Origin: Alphaproteobacteria bacterium
GTDB taxonomy: Bacteria > Pseudomonadota > Alphaproteobacteria > UBA6615
NCBI GenBank assembly: GCA_965261975.1
Contig: CBDHEC010000043.1
Location: 1-64,000, forward strand
DNA: 64,000 nucleotides
Direction of reading: 5' to 3'
Shown here: positions 52,922 through 63,750 of the stretch, piece after piece
Position numbering within the stretch: position 1 is the stretch's first letter
Layout of the letters: each line of letters begins with the position of its first letter
Position numbers and translations under genes: made by a program
Notes under the pieces: generated by a model
What the model was told of the DNA's origin: nothing
The model's input: the letters and a program-made list of their open reading frames with translations, nothing else
Databases searched by the model: none

Positions 52922-55099
52922 CTAACTGCGGGCGCGTTCCACGGTGCTCACGGATCGACGCCCGCGGAGGCTGGTAACGATGTTGTTGAGGTGTTTTGCG
53001 TCGTCGACCTCGATATCCACCACCATGTCGAAAAAGTCTGCAGTTCGGTTCGTGAATTTGAGGTTCGAAATATTACCTCGCGCCGCGGCGATGGTCTCCG
53101 CCATCTCGGCCAGGCTGCCGGGCTCATTCATGAGCGTAATGTTCAGGCGGCTGACTTGCGCCGTACCACCGTCCTGCTCGCGGTCCCAGTCGACGTCGAT
53201 CCAACGCTCCGGGCTGTCGGCAAAGGCTTCGAGGGTCATGCAATCGATTGTGTGAACCGTGGCGCCCTTGCCCGTGGTCATGATCCCGACGATACGATCC
53301 CCCGGCAGGGGGTAGCAGCATTTTGCCATGTGCACCGCGATGCCCGGTGTCAGGCCGCTGATCGGGACCGCATGTTCTCCATCGGACGATTGCTCGCGCC
53401 GCCGGCGGAGAGAGAAAATCGATCCGCCGGACTTCTTCCCGCTTTTCTCGTCCGACCGGTCGGGGAATATGGATCGCACCACATCGGCGCCGGTATAGAC
53501 CCCCTGCCCGACCATCGCGAACAGATCGTCGCGGGAGTCGGCGTGGAACTCACGGAAAGCGGTGTCGAGATTGATATCCGAGAGGGTCTCGCCAAAACGG
53601 CCAAAAGCCTTCTCGACGATACTCTGACCCAGATCGACATACTGGCGCATCTGGTCCTCGCGCAAGACACGGCGAATTCGTGCCCTTGCCTTGCCGGTCA
53701 TGACCAGCTTCTCCCATTCGGGCGACGGGGTCTGGTTTTTGGAAGTCAGAATGTCGACCTGATCGCCGTTCTGCAGGACAGTGCGCAGCGGCAGGTTACG
53801 GCCGTTGATCTTTGCACCCACCGCCCGGTCGCCGATTTCGGTATGAACGGCATAGGCGAAGTCGATCGGCGTCGCACCACGCGGCAGCGAATAGACATCT
53901 CCCTTGGGCGAGAAACAGAACACCTGGTCCGAGAACATCTCGAGCCGGGTGTGGGCCAGGAAATCCTCCGGCGCGGACGCATTGTCGAGAATTTCCAGCA
54001 GTTCCTGCAGCCACCGATACTGTTCACTTTCCGCCTTGATCGCGCTTGAACCCGGGCCCGAGCCCACATCCTTGTATATCCAGTGCGCCGCGACACCACG
54101 TTCGGCAACGTCGTGCATCTCACGCGTCCTGATCTGGATTTCGATCCGCTGATCCGACAGGCCAAGAACACTCGTGTGCAGGGAACGATAGCCGTTGGGC
54201 TTGGGGTTCGAGATGTAGTCCTTGAACCGCCCGGGCACGACGCGATACCGGCTATGGACGACCCCCAGCGTCTGATAGCATTGCGGGACGTTCGGGACGA
54301 TCACGCGGAAGGCGATGATGTCGGACAATTGCTCAAGCGACGATTGCTGGCGCTGCATCTTCCGCCAGATCGAATAGGGCGATTTCTCGCGTCCCGCGAC
54401 ATCCGCCTCGATTCCGGTTTCCGCAAGCACGTCGCGCAACTCCCGCACGACCTTCTCGACCACGTCCTCACCTTCAGCCCGCAGGAACCCGAGCCGTCGC
54501 GAGATGGAATCACGTGCCTCGCCATTGATCTCGCGGAACGCCCAGTCCTCGAGCTCATCCTTAATATCGTGCATGCCGATACGCTCGGCCAGCGGCGCGT
54601 AGATATCCATCGTCTCGCGTGCGATACGCAGGCGTCGTTCGTCGCCGTCCATATGTTCCAGCGTGCGCATGTTGTGCAGCCGATCGGCGAGCTTCACCAA
54701 GAGCACACGGATATCCCGGCTCATCGCCAGCAGAAGCTTGCGGAAATTCTCCGCCTGCTTGGCCCGGTCGGATTGAAGCTCAAGCTGGGTCAGCTTGGTC
54801 ACGCCGTCGACCAGCTGCGCGACCTCTTCGCCGAAGAGCTCCGAAATCTGTTCGCCGGTCGCGTCTGTGTCCTCGATGGTGTCGTGCAGCAACGCGGTCA
54901 CGATCGAGGCGGTATCGAGATGGTAGTTGGTCAGGATGCCGGCGACTTCGAGCGGGTGGCTGAAATAGGGGTCGCCGGATGCACGCGTCTGAGAACTGTG
55001 CGCGTTCATCGAGAAATCATAGGCACGAACCAGCGCATCCTCGTCCGCACTCGGATCATAGGCGCGCACCCGTTCGACCAGTTCCATTTGCTGCATCAT
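52922..55099 (-). CDS. spoT: Bifunctional (p)ppGpp synthetase/hydrolase (RelA/SpoT homolog)
   Basis: Intact HD motif (LLHDTIED), KDYISNPKPNGYRSLHT, TGS domain, CC motif, ACT domain. Confidence 0.97.
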   Translation of the reverse strand: MMQQMELVERVRAYDPSADEDALVRAYDFSMNAHSSQTRASGDPYFSHPLEVAGILTNYHLDTASIVTALLHDTIEDTDATGEQISELFGEEVAQLVDGVTKLTQLELQSDRAKQAENFRKLLLAMSRDIRVLLVKLADRLHNMRTLEHMDGDERRLRIARETMDIYAPLAERIGMHDIKDELEDWAFREINGEARDSISRRLGFLRAEGEDVVEKVVRELRDVLAETGIEADVAGREKSPYSIWRKMQRQQSSLEQLSDIIAFRVIVPNVPQCYQTLGVVHSRYRVVPGRFKDYISNPKPNGYRSLHTSVLGLSDQRIEIQIRTREMHDVAERGVAAHWIYKDVGSGPGSSAIKAESEQYRWLQELLEILDNASAPEDFLAHTRLEMFSDQVFCFSPKGDVYSLPRGATPIDFAYAVHTEIGDRAVGAKINGRNLPLRTVLQNGDQVDILTSKNQTPSPEWEKLVMTGKARARIRRVLREDQMRQYVDLGQSIVEKAFGRFGETLSDINLDTAFREFHADSRDDLFAMVGQGVYTGADVVRSIFPDRSDEKSGKKSGGSIFSLRRRREQSSDGEHAVPISGLTPGIAVHMAKCCYPLPGDRIVGIMTTGKGATVHTIDCMTLEAFADSPERWIDVDWDREQDGGTAQVSRLNITLMNEPGSLAEMAETIAAARGNISNLKFTNRTADFFDMVVDIEVDDAKHLNNIVTSLRGRRSVSTVERARS

Positions 55100-55238
55100 G
55101 GCAACATCATAACCCTGTTACGGGCCCACGGGCCCGACGAAAAAACCCGGATGCACTGATGTGCGCCCGGGCTAATCCAAATTCATTGCCCGTGTGAAGA
55201 CGGGGCGGCGCGAGGCGCCGTTTTTCTGGGTCGCCAGA

Positions 55239-55637
55239 TCAGCTGGTGCTGTCCTGGCTTTCGTCCACCGCATCCTCGAAGCGCATTTCCGGCATGTCCG
55301 GTTCCGCACCCGGCTCGGCGTCGGCCTCCGGTGCGTCTGGCGTGACGCCAGCAATGTTGGATTCGGATTCGAGCAGCTCGATGACCTCATCCTCTTCGGG
55401 AAGATCGAACTCGACATGCTTCTGCTGGCTGACGATCAACGATTCCTGGAGATTCTCCAGTTCCACCGTCTCGTCGGCGATTTCGCGCAGGGCGATCACA
55501 GGGTTCTTGTCGTTGTCGCGCTCGACCGTGATCGGCGCACCGGCCGATACTTCGCGTGCGCGCTGGGACGCGAGCATGACCAGATCAAACCGGTTCGAAA
55601 CCTTTTCGATGCAATCTTCGACTGTTACGCGGGCCAT
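55239..55637 (-). CDS. rpoZ: RNA polymerase omega subunit
   Basis: [27 protein letters not shown]. Confidence 0.97.
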   Translation of the reverse strand: MARVTVEDCIEKVSNRFDLVMLASQRAREVSAGAPITVERDNDKNPVIALREIADETVELENLQESLIVSQQKHVEFDLPEEDEVIELLESESNIAGVTPDAPEADAEPGAEPDMPEMRFEDAVDESQDSTS

Positions 55638-55738
55638 TCAGATGTCTCCGGACGATCATTAAATTCGGCCTGTATATAGGCACAAAAACCTGAAAAGCCA
55701 AGCATTTGGGTGCGCCGCAATAAATGTCGGCCCGGCGA

Positions 55739-56230
55739 CTATGCCGATAACGGGCACACGTCTGCACGATCCTCCGCCCGTGCCAGCAATGCCGCAACCC
55801 CATCTCCGGTCGCGGGATGGCGCCAGTCGGGCGCGATTTCCTGCAACGGACGAAGCACAAATGCACGATCTGCCATGCGCGGGTGGGGCAAAACCGGCCA
55901 TCCGGCATCGATTTTTCCGTGATAGTCGAGCAGGTCGATATCGATGATCCGGGCCGCATCACGCACCGAACGCACGCGCCCCAACCGGGTTTCGATATCA
56001 TGCAGCAATGTCAGCAAGGCCCCCGGCGGCAGGTCTGTTTCCAGTTGCGCCACCGCATTCACATAATCGGGTTGATCGGACGCCGGCACCGGTGCGCTGG
56101 CATACCATCCCGACCGGCCGACCACCGTGACAGCCGCAGCCCCGACCTCCTGGAGCGCGGAAGCGAGCGTGTCGCGAGGTGCACTGCCATCAGCGCCGGG
56201 AAGATTGGCGCCTAGCCCGATCAGGATCAT
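55739..56230 (-). CDS. folK: Hydroxymethyldihydropterin pyrophosphokinase
   Basis: IGLGANL, QPDYVNAV, RIIDIDLL, LPHPRM, FVLRPL. Confidence 0.95.
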   Translation of the reverse strand: MILIGLGANLPGADGSAPRDTLASALQEVGAAAVTVVGRSGWYASAPVPASDQPDYVNAVAQLETDLPPGALLTLLHDIETRLGRVRSVRDAARIIDIDLLDYHGKIDAGWPVLPHPRMADRAFVLRPLQEIAPDWRHPATGDGVAALLARAEDRADVCPLSA

Positions 56231-56388
56231 GCAAAATCTCCAAAACACCCGCCTCTGCCGCTATCTGGACAGCCTGACAACCGCGCGTTATCTAGACAAA
56301 CGATTGAAAACGCCAATTCAAAATACGCGCGTGAAGGCGTCGCCCGGTTGGCCGCGACGACAGGTTTTAGCATTTTGGGCGAGGATTC

Positions 56389-57045
56389 ATGGACATGCTG
56401 AACGCCCCCGCCCCCGACTGCCCCTTGTGCCCGCGCCTCGTGGACTTCAGGACGGACAATCAGGCGAAATTTCCGGACTTCCATAACGGACCGGTACCCA
56501 GCTTCGGTGCGACGGACGCACAGCTATTGATCGTCGGCCTCGCGCCGGGTCTGAAAGGAGCGAACCGCACGGCACGTCCGTTTACCGGCGACTATGCAGG
56601 CGACCTGCTCTACCCGACGCTCGTGAAGTTCGGATTCGCGCGAGGGACCTATGCAGCGCGGCCCGACGACGGTATCGAACTGTCGGACTGCCGGATCACC
56701 AATGCCGTGCGCTGTGTGCCACCGCAGAACAAGCCCGTCGGCGCCGAGGTGAAGGCATGCCGACCGTTCCTGGTCTCCGAGTTCGATGCCATGACCGAGC
56801 TCCGGGTCATCCTGGCGCTCGGCGGCCTTGCCCATAACGCCACCCTGGCGACACTCGGTTACAAGCAGTCGGCGTTCAAGTTCGGCCACTGCGCACAACA
56901 CGAGATTACGCAGAACGACCGGCCGATCCTGCTGATGAACAGCTATCACTGCTCGCGCTACAACACGAACACCGGACGCCTGACCACGCCGATGTTCGAG
57001 GATGTGTTCACCGCGATCCGGGCGCATCTCGACGCGTTACCATGA
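56389..57045 (+). CDS. Uracil-DNA glycosylase (family 5-like, Fe-S)
   Basis: CPLCPRL, GLAPG..GANRT, RCVPPQNKP, YHCSRYNTNT. Confidence 0.92.
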   Translation: MDMLNAPAPDCPLCPRLVDFRTDNQAKFPDFHNGPVPSFGATDAQLLIVGLAPGLKGANRTARPFTGDYAGDLLYPTLVKFGFARGTYAARPDDGIELSDCRITNAVRCVPPQNKPVGAEVKACRPFLVSEFDAMTELRVILALGGLAHNATLATLGYKQSAFKFGHCAQHEITQNDRPILLMNSYHCSRYNTNTGRLTTPMFEDVFTAIRAHLDALP

Positions 57046-57497
57046 CCGCGCCAAACATTCGGCGCGCGCAGGTCGACGACGCGCCAGCACTTTCGAAGCT
57101 GGCCGAAATGTCCAAACGTCATTGGGGCTACGACGACGCGTTCGTCTCTGCGACAATCGAAGAGATCGCTGTCACCGAAGAACAGATTCGACGCGACAGC
57201 TGTTTCGTTGCGGAGGTCGACGGGATCGCCATCGGGTTCTATCTCTTGGAGCAGGCCTCTCTCGAACGCATGTTCGTATCTCCGGAGTTTATCGGACAGG
57301 GTGTCGGACGGGCGCTCATGGAGCATTTGCAAACCCATGCCCGCGAACAGGGCCTGACGAGGATCGAAATCATATCCGACCCGAACGCCGCCGATTTCTA
57401 TCGCAGGATGGGGGCCATCGAATCGGGTTTGTTCGACTCTCAATTCGTTCCGGGTCGCCAGCTGCCGGTGTTCGCGCTGGCGATAAGCGCGGCTTAG
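57042..57497 (+). CDS. GNAT family N-acetyltransferase
   Basis: SKRHWGY, FVSPEFIGQGVG, SDPNAADFYRRMG. Confidence 0.9.
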   Translation: MTAPNIRRAQVDDAPALSKLAEMSKRHWGYDDAFVSATIEEIAVTEEQIRRDSCFVAEVDGIAIGFYLLEQASLERMFVSPEFIGQGVGRALMEHLQTHAREQGLTRIEIISDPNAADFYRRMGAIESGLFDSQFVPGRQLPVFALAISAA

Positions 57498-58567
57498 CGC
57501 TCGGTCAGCACACCCCGGCGAATCTGGTCTTCCTCGATCGCGTCGAACAACGCCTTGAAGTTACCTTCGCCGAAACCCTCGTTGCCCTTGCGCTGAATGA
57601 TCTCGAAGAAGATCGGGCCGATGACCGTATCGGTAAATATCTGCAGCAGAAGCCCCTGATCCTCGGTCGGCGCGCCATCGAGCAGGATATTGCCGGCACG
57701 TAACCGCTCGACATTCTCGCCATGCCCGGGCACACGGTCATCGAGTGCGTCGAAATAGGAATCGGGCGTCGCCAGAAATGCGACCCCGCGTGCAGCAAGC
57801 GCCTCGACGGACGCAAAGATATCCTTCGTGCCCAGCGCAATATGCTGGATACCCTCGCCGTGATAGTCCCGCAGATACTCGGCGATCTGGCTCTTGTCGT
57901 CGGCGGATTCGTTGATCGGAATCCTGATCTTGCCGTCCGCGCTCGTCATCGCGCGAGAATGCAATCCTGTGAGCTTGCCCTCGATATCGAAGTAGCGGAC
58001 TTCTCGGAAGTTGAACACGTCCTCATAGAAGCCCGCCCACTTGTCCATGTTGCCCTGGTACACATTGTGGGTCAGGTGATCGATATAGGTTAGCCCCACT
58101 GGCGGCGGCGATACCCCCTCGATGGGCTCGAAATCCACATCGTATATCGTCCCCTTGGGTCCATAGCGGTCGACGAGACAGAGCCGGCTGTTGCCGATGC
58201 CCTGGAGAGTCGGGATGTTCAGTTCCATCGGCCCGACATGATTTGGCACTTCGTTCGCCCCACGTTCCAACGCTTTGGCACGGGCCAACGACGCATCACG
58301 GACCCGAAACGCCATGGCGCAGGCACTTGGTCCATGCGCTTGTGCGAAGTCGGCGGCAAAACTCCCCGGTTCGTTGTTCAGGATGAAGTTGACGTCGCCC
58401 TGCCGGAAAAGCGTCACCTCCTTGGACCGATGTCGCGCCACTGCGGCGAAACCCATCTGCTCGAACAAACGTCCAAGCTCTTCCGGCTCCGGCGAGCAAT
58501 ACTCGACAAACTCAAACCCGTCGGTGCCGAGGGGGTTGTCCCAAAGGTCTTTCGCCTGTCCTGCCAT
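57494..58567 (-). CDS. hppD: 4-hydroxyphenylpyruvate dioxygenase
   Basis: NPLGTDGFEFVE, IDHLTHNV, GIQHIA, FFEIIQRKGNEGFGEGNF. Confidence 0.97.
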   Translation of the reverse strand: MAGQAKDLWDNPLGTDGFEFVEYCSPEPEELGRLFEQMGFAAVARHRSKEVTLFRQGDVNFILNNEPGSFAADFAQAHGPSACAMAFRVRDASLARAKALERGANEVPNHVGPMELNIPTLQGIGNSRLCLVDRYGPKGTIYDVDFEPIEGVSPPPVGLTYIDHLTHNVYQGNMDKWAGFYEDVFNFREVRYFDIEGKLTGLHSRAMTSADGKIRIPINESADDKSQIAEYLRDYHGEGIQHIALGTKDIFASVEALAARGVAFLATPDSYFDALDDRVPGHGENVERLRAGNILLDGAPTEDQGLLLQIFTDTVIGPIFFEIIQRKGNEGFGEGNFKALFDAIEEDQIRRGVLTER

Positions 58568-58629
58568 GGCGCATATCCTCTTGTCCTATGACACCCGCGT
58601 GATTGACCCGACGCGGACAGGCATCTATT

Positions 58630-58649
58630 TTTGTTTCATATGTAACTAA
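58630..58649. promoter_or_regulatory. Palindromic operator between hppD and the divergent marR
   Basis: TTTGTTTCAT/ATGTAACTAA near-palindrome, immediately downstream of TTGACC-N17-TATTTT (58603-58631). Confidence 0.65.
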
Positions 58650-58663
58650 TTCAAGGCTTACCC

Positions 58664-59143
58664 ATGCCCGACACCGCACACGGTTCCGCGAGGACCCATC
58701 TCGCACTGGAAACGTTCCTGCCGTACCGGCTGTCGATCCTCTCCAACACCGTCAGCAACGCAATCGCGCGGGACTACCAGTATCGCTTCGGTCTAACCGT
58801 GGCCGAATGGCGTGTGATGGCCGTCCTCGGGCGTTTCGGGCCCGACGCGGCAACGGGTATCGGAAGCCGAACGGCAATGGACAAGGTCACGGTCAGCCGG
58901 GCCATGACACGCCTCATCGATCGCGGGCTGATGACGCGCAATTCCGATTCCGGTGATCGCAGGCGGGTAATCGCCAAACTGACGCGCAAGGGACGGACCA
59001 TCCACGACAAGATCGTCCCCGTCGCTCTGGCCCATGAAGCCACACTGGCAGAAGCATTATCCGACGCCGAAGCCAGGACACTCGACCGTCTGCTCGCCAA
59101 ACTGCAGCACAAGGCCGACACGCTGGCCGCCGGCAAGGACTAG
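58664..59143 (+). CDS. MarR family regulator divergent from hppD
   Basis: FLPYRLS, EWRVMAVLG, MDKVTVSRA, DRRR. Confidence 0.92.
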   Translation: MPDTAHGSARTHLALETFLPYRLSILSNTVSNAIARDYQYRFGLTVAEWRVMAVLGRFGPDAATGIGSRTAMDKVTVSRAMTRLIDRGLMTRNSDSGDRRRVIAKLTRKGRTIHDKIVPVALAHEATLAEALSDAEARTLDRLLAKLQHKADTLAAGKD

Positions 59144-59146
59144 CGA

Positions 59147-60280
59147 CTAGATGTAATGCTCCTCGAGGGGGGCGAAACCATTGAACCCCACCGAGGCATA
59201 TGTCGAGGTGTAGGCGCCGGTGTCATGAAGGGTGACGATGTCTCCCGCCTGCAGCGACAACGGGAGCACGCACATGGCGTTCTCATACATTACGTCATGG
59301 CTGTCGCAGGTCGGCCCCGCGACCACGACCGGCCCGTTCGGACCATCGCGCCCAAACGCCTCGATCCGGTAGCGGATCGCCTCGCCTTCCGATTCCGCGA
59401 GGCCCCCATAGCGCCCGACATCGAGATAGACCCAGCGTTCTGTCGTGTCGTAGGCGCGCTCGGCGACCAGAATAACCTCGCTGCGTATGACACCGGCATC
59501 TGCCACGATCGCACGCCCGGGCTCCAGGATGACCCGCGGTCGCACGCCAGGAAACGCCGCGTCGAGGCTCCGGTCGATGGCATCGAAAACCGTCTCCGGC
59601 GCGGGCACCGCGCCATCACCATACGGCACCGGGAAGCCGCCACCCAGATTGAGGATGCCCAGCGAGATGCCGGCGCCTGACGCGCGCGCAAACAGTTCGC
59701 CGCACAAACCAACCGCCTCGCACCAGCGCGCCGGGTCGGTCTGCTGGCTGCCGACATGAAAGGAAAGCCCGGCCGGTCGCAGCCCCGCCTCTCCCGCGCG
59801 GGTCAACAGCTCGACCGCCTCGTCAGGGTTGCAACCGAACTTCCGGGTTAGCGGCCAGCGCGCCCCGTCGTTCGAAACAACGATCCGGCAAACCACCGAC
59901 GATCCGGGAGCGCTCGCGGCAAGCTTCTCGATCTCGCCGACGCTGTCGAAAGCGAACAGGTCGACACCGCCTTCAACTGCCGTTGAAATATCCGACGGTT
60001 TCTTGACCGTGTTGCCATAGGAAATCCGGTCCGGTGAGACACCCGCCTCCAGGCAGGCCACGACCTCCGCCGGGCTCGCCGCGTCGAAGGCTGCACCCAA
60101 TCCCGCCAGCCGTTCGATGATCTGAGCTGCGGGGTTCGCCTTGACCGCATAGAAAAGCTCGGCCCAGGGGACCATTTCGGCCATGCGCGCGTAATTTTCC
60201 GCGACCCGGTCGAGGTCAACCACGAGGCAGGGCGTTCGCGTTTGCACAAGATCGAAATAACGGTCGGTTTTCTCGTTCAT
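59147..60280 (-). CDS. Ornithine/lysine decarboxylase (type III PLP)
   Basis: YAVKAN, FHVGSQ, NLGGGF, EPGR, GPTCDS, GAYT. ATG 60280 gives 377 aa. Confidence 0.93.
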   Translation of the reverse strand: MNEKTDRYFDLVQTRTPCLVVDLDRVAENYARMAEMVPWAELFYAVKANPAAQIIERLAGLGAAFDAASPAEVVACLEAGVSPDRISYGNTVKKPSDISTAVEGGVDLFAFDSVGEIEKLAASAPGSSVVCRIVVSNDGARWPLTRKFGCNPDEAVELLTRAGEAGLRPAGLSFHVGSQQTDPARWCEAVGLCGELFARASGAGISLGILNLGGGFPVPYGDGAVPAPETVFDAIDRSLDAAFPGVRPRVILEPGRAIVADAGVIRSEVILVAERAYDTTERWVYLDVGRYGGLAESEGEAIRYRIEAFGRDGPNGPVVVAGPTCDSHDVMYENAMCVLPLSLQAGDIVTLHDTGAYTSTYASVGFNGFAPLEEHYI

Positions 60281-60446
60281 ATACTGTGCTTCCACCGGAC
60301 ACCGGGACGCCGCCTTGTCGTTCGCATTGGCCTCAAACCATCCGAAAATTGCGCATAATCGCTGGCGATCGACATACCACGTTAATTGCCCTGAATCGCG
60401 GCCTGTGTTAACCGGCCAGAGTCTGCATGACGATTGGAAGAGACGG

Positions 60447-60893
60447 GTGACAGAGCACGGTTCCATATGGGTCCTGAACGGGCCCAACCTAAATTTGCTC
60501 GGGGAGCGAGAGCCCGGCATCTATGGCGGGGATTCGCTGGACGATATCGAGGCGCGCTGCATCGAAGCCGCCAAGACGGCTGGATTCACCCTGGATTTTC
60601 GCCAGACCAACCACGAGGGCGAACTCGTCGCCTGGGTTCAGGAGGCGCGCACCGCCGCCGCCGGGTTGGCGATAAACGCCGGCGCCTACACCCACACATC
60701 CGTCGCGGTTCATGATGCGCTGCGGCTGCTCGACATTCCGATCGTGGAAGTGCATTTGTCGAACATCTTCGCGCGCGAGGAGTTTCGACATAAATCCTAT
60801 ATCAGCGCGGCGGCGACAGGTGTCGTGTGCGGTTTTGGTTCCCACAGCTATGTGCTGGCAATTTCTGCGCTCGCGGCGCGAATGGATCTGTAG
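60447..60893 (+). CDS. aroQ: Type II 3-dehydroquinate dehydratase
   Basis: [34 protein letters not shown]. Confidence 0.96.
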   Translation: MTEHGSIWVLNGPNLNLLGEREPGIYGGDSLDDIEARCIEAAKTAGFTLDFRQTNHEGELVAWVQEARTAAAGLAINAGAYTHTSVAVHDALRLLDIPIVEVHLSNIFAREEFRHKSYISAAATGVVCGFGSHSYVLAISALAARMDL

Positions 60894-60896
60894 AGA

Positions 60897-61361
60897 ATGA
60901 CTGATTCCTTTGACATCGACCCGGACCTGGTCCGAAAGCTTGCCGACCTGTTGAACGAAACAGGACTGGGCGAGATTGAGTATGAGGACAATGGCAAACG
61001 TGTCCGCGTCGCCCTGCCTGGTGCCGGCGGCGTCAGCGTGGCCGCACCGGTCGCGGCACCACCGGCCCCCGCGGCTCCGGCACCCGCCGCCGCACCGCCG
61101 GCGGCCGGCGGGGATGCAGCGGCACATCCTGGCGCCGTGACATCGCCGATGGTCGGTACAGTCTACCTCGCGCAGGCACCCGAAGACCCGCCCTTCGTCA
61201 AGGCAGGCGATAGCGTGCGTGAAGGCCAGACATTGCTGCTGATCGAAGCCATGAAGACCTTCAACGAGGTCAAGGCCCCCCGCGCCGGCACGGTGCAGAG
61301 CATTGCGGTTGCGAGCGGCCAACCGGTCGAGTTTGGCGAAGTCCTCGCCATCATCGAGTAA
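60897..61361 (+). CDS. accB: Acetyl-CoA carboxylase biotin carboxyl carrier protein
   Basis: Ala/Pro linker, SPMVGT, EAMKT biotinylation motif. Confidence 0.97.
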   Translation: MTDSFDIDPDLVRKLADLLNETGLGEIEYEDNGKRVRVALPGAGGVSVAAPVAAPPAPAAPAPAAAPPAAGGDAAAHPGAVTSPMVGTVYLAQAPEDPPFVKAGDSVREGQTLLLIEAMKTFNEVKAPRAGTVQSIAVASGQPVEFGEVLAIIE

Positions 61362-61371
61362 GCCACCCTCG

Positions 61372-62712
61372 ATGTTCAAAAAGGTCCTGATCGCCAATCG
61401 TGGCGAAATCGCACTGCGCATACATCGCGCGTGCAAGGAGATGGGCATCTCGACTGTCGCGGTTCATTCGACAGCCGATTCAAACGCGATGCATGTTCGG
61501 CTTGCCGACGAAAGCGTGTGCATCGGCCCGCCGACGGCCGCCGACAGCTACCTCAATATCCCCGCCATTTTGTCGGCGGCCACCGTCACCGACGCCGACG
61601 CCATTCATCCCGGCTACGGGTTCCTGTCGGAGAACGCAAATTTCGCGCGGATCGTCGAGGAGCATGGCATTGCGTTCATCGGGCCGAGTTCGGAACTGAT
61701 CTCGACGATGGGCGACAAGGTCGCAGCGAAGGACGCAATGAAGGGGGCCGGCGTGCCTGTGGTGCCCGGCTCGGACGGGGCGGTGAGAACAGCCGCGGAC
61801 GCTGTCCCCATCGCGGCAGATATCGGCTACCCGGTCATCGTCAAGGCCGCGTCGGGCGGCGGCGGGCGCGGCATGAAGGTTGTCGAGCGCGCCGAAGACC
61901 TCGAGAGCGCCCTCAATCTGGCCTCGACCGAGGCGCTGGCCGGTTTTGGCGACGCCACGGTCTATATCGAAAAGTATCTCGGCCAACCGCGCCATGTGGA
62001 GGTCCAGGTCATCGCCGACGGCAAGGGCAACGCCGTCCATCTGTTCGAGCGCGATTGTTCGCTCCAGCGCAAACATCAGAAAGTTCTCGAGGAGGCACCC
62101 TGCCCGGTCCTCGATGAAGCGACCCGCCAGAAGATCGGCAAGGTCTGCGCCGACGCGGCGGCCAACCTGGGCTATCGCAGCGCCGGTACGTTCGAGTTCC
62201 TGTTCGAGAATGGCGAGTTCTACTTCATCGAGATGAACACCCGCGTGCAGGTCGAACACCCGATTACGGAAATGATCTGCGACATCGATATCGTGGCGGA
62301 GATGATCCGCATCGCCGCCGGCGAGGAGATGTCGCTGCGCCAGGAAGATATCCGCATCAACGGTCATGCGTTCGAATGCCGGATCAACGCCGAGGACCCC
62401 GAGACCTTCACGCCATCGCCGGGACGGATCGCGGAGTTCCACGCGCCTGGCGGACTGGGCGTGCGCGTCGATTCAGCGCTGTATGCCGGCTACAGCATCC
62501 CGCCCTACTACGACAGCCTGGTCGCCAAGCTGATCGTCCACGGGCGCACGCGCGACGAGGCGTTGATGCGGTTGCGGCGCGCCCTGGGCGAGATGGTCGT
62601 GTCGGGCGTGTCTACCACGATCCCGTTGCACCAGCGCCTCGCCGACAATCCGTCCTTCGTCTCGGCCGACTATGACATTCATTGGCTCGAAAGCTCTCTC
62701 GCCAGCGACTAG
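61372..62712 (+). CDS. accC: Acetyl-CoA carboxylase biotin carboxylase
   Basis: [41 protein letters not shown]. Confidence 0.97.
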   Translation: MFKKVLIANRGEIALRIHRACKEMGISTVAVHSTADSNAMHVRLADESVCIGPPTAADSYLNIPAILSAATVTDADAIHPGYGFLSENANFARIVEEHGIAFIGPSSELISTMGDKVAAKDAMKGAGVPVVPGSDGAVRTAADAVPIAADIGYPVIVKAASGGGGRGMKVVERAEDLESALNLASTEALAGFGDATVYIEKYLGQPRHVEVQVIADGKGNAVHLFERDCSLQRKHQKVLEEAPCPVLDEATRQKIGKVCADAAANLGYRSAGTFEFLFENGEFYFIEMNTRVQVEHPITEMICDIDIVAEMIRIAAGEEMSLRQEDIRINGHAFECRINAEDPETFTPSPGRIAEFHAPGGLGVRVDSALYAGYSIPPYYDSLVAKLIVHGRTRDEALMRLRRALGEMVVSGVSTTIPLHQRLADNPSFVSADYDIHWLESSLASD

Positions 62713-62721
62713 AGTTGCGCG

Positions 62722-63372
62722 ATGACAAGTCTCACGCCGCAACTCCTCCTGGGTGCCTATGCCAGCGGAATATTTCCGATGGCGGAGAGCCGGCACGACG
62801 CCGATCTATACTGGATCGACCCCGACATGCGCGGCGTTCTGCCGCTTGATGCGTTTCACATTCCGCGACGTTTGCGAAAAACCATCCGCACCAGCCCCTT
62901 CGAGATTCGCTGCGACAGTGATTTCGTCGGCACCGTCCGAAGTTGTGCCGAACCCCAGGGCGATCGTCCCGAGACCTGGATCAATGACGAGATCGAGCAT
63001 CTCTACAGTGCGCTGTTCGACATGGGGTTTGCCCACTCCGTGGAGTGCTGGCAAGACGGCGCGATGGTCGGCGGCCTGTATGGCGTGAGCCTCGGCGGCG
63101 CCTTCTTCGGGGAAAGCATGTATTCCCGCGCCCGGGACGCGAGCAAGGTCGCGCTGTGCCATCTGGCCGCGCGCTTGCGCAAGAGCGGGTTCGTCCTGTT
63201 GGACAGCCAGTTCGTCACGGACCATTTGCGCCAGTTCGGCGCTGCGGAGATTGAGCGTGCCGACTACAAGCAGCGCCTGGCGGCAGCCCTCAAGGTCGAT
63301 GCGGAGTTTCAGCCCGAACTGTCGGACGACGAGTTCGAGGCCTTCATACAATCCACGACCCAGACATCGTAG
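62722..63372 (+). CDS. aat: Leucyl/phenylalanyl-tRNA--protein transferase
   Basis: AYASGIFPM, TWI, AHSVECW, GGLYGV, FFGESM, DASK. Confidence 0.96.
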   Translation: MTSLTPQLLLGAYASGIFPMAESRHDADLYWIDPDMRGVLPLDAFHIPRRLRKTIRTSPFEIRCDSDFVGTVRSCAEPQGDRPETWINDEIEHLYSALFDMGFAHSVECWQDGAMVGGLYGVSLGGAFFGESMYSRARDASKVALCHLAARLRKSGFVLLDSQFVTDHLRQFGAAEIERADYKQRLAAALKVDAEFQPELSDDEFEAFIQSTTQTS

Positions 63373-63722
63373 ACCGGGTGCTCGAGCGCTGAGACCGCTG
63401 GACTGGAGGCAAACATCCAGCCCGTGAACAAATCGCGCGGCAACGCGTCTTCAAAGGTCTCGTCGATCTCGAGAAACGCCGTACTCTCCGGCGGCTCGGT
63501 CGGCGGCGCCTTGTGACAGGCGCGGGCCTGGATGACCAGCGACCCGAACCGGACCGGGACATCGAACGGCGCCTCGAAGGTCGAGATACGTGCGGTGACC
63601 TTGTCGAGCCCCTGCAGCACCGCACCGGAAGTTGCGGTACCGGGCTCCTGGGCCGGCAACTCGCTCACCCCGCCCCAGACGAGGGCCAGGGCAAAACTGC
63701 CCGGGAGAAGAAACCGCCGCAT
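63309..63722 (-). CDS. DUF2155 domain exported protein
   Basis: Signal peptide, LQGLDKVTAR, FTGWMFASSP, LEHPVYDVWV. Confidence 0.88.
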   Translation of the reverse strand: MRRFLLPGSFALALVWGGVSELPAQEPGTATSGAVLQGLDKVTARISTFEAPFDVPVRFGSLVIQARACHKAPPTEPPESTAFLEIDETFEDALPRDLFTGWMFASSPAVSALEHPVYDVWVVDCMKASNSSSDSSG

Positions 63723-63750
63723 CAGGAAGCCAGAGGGTTGCCGACAGGCG

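Noticed and set aside
60281-60446. speF-type leader RNA upstream of the ornithine decarboxylase
   Set aside because: The spacer is short and shared with aroQ, and I could not identify the motif by eye. An Rfam scan would decide.
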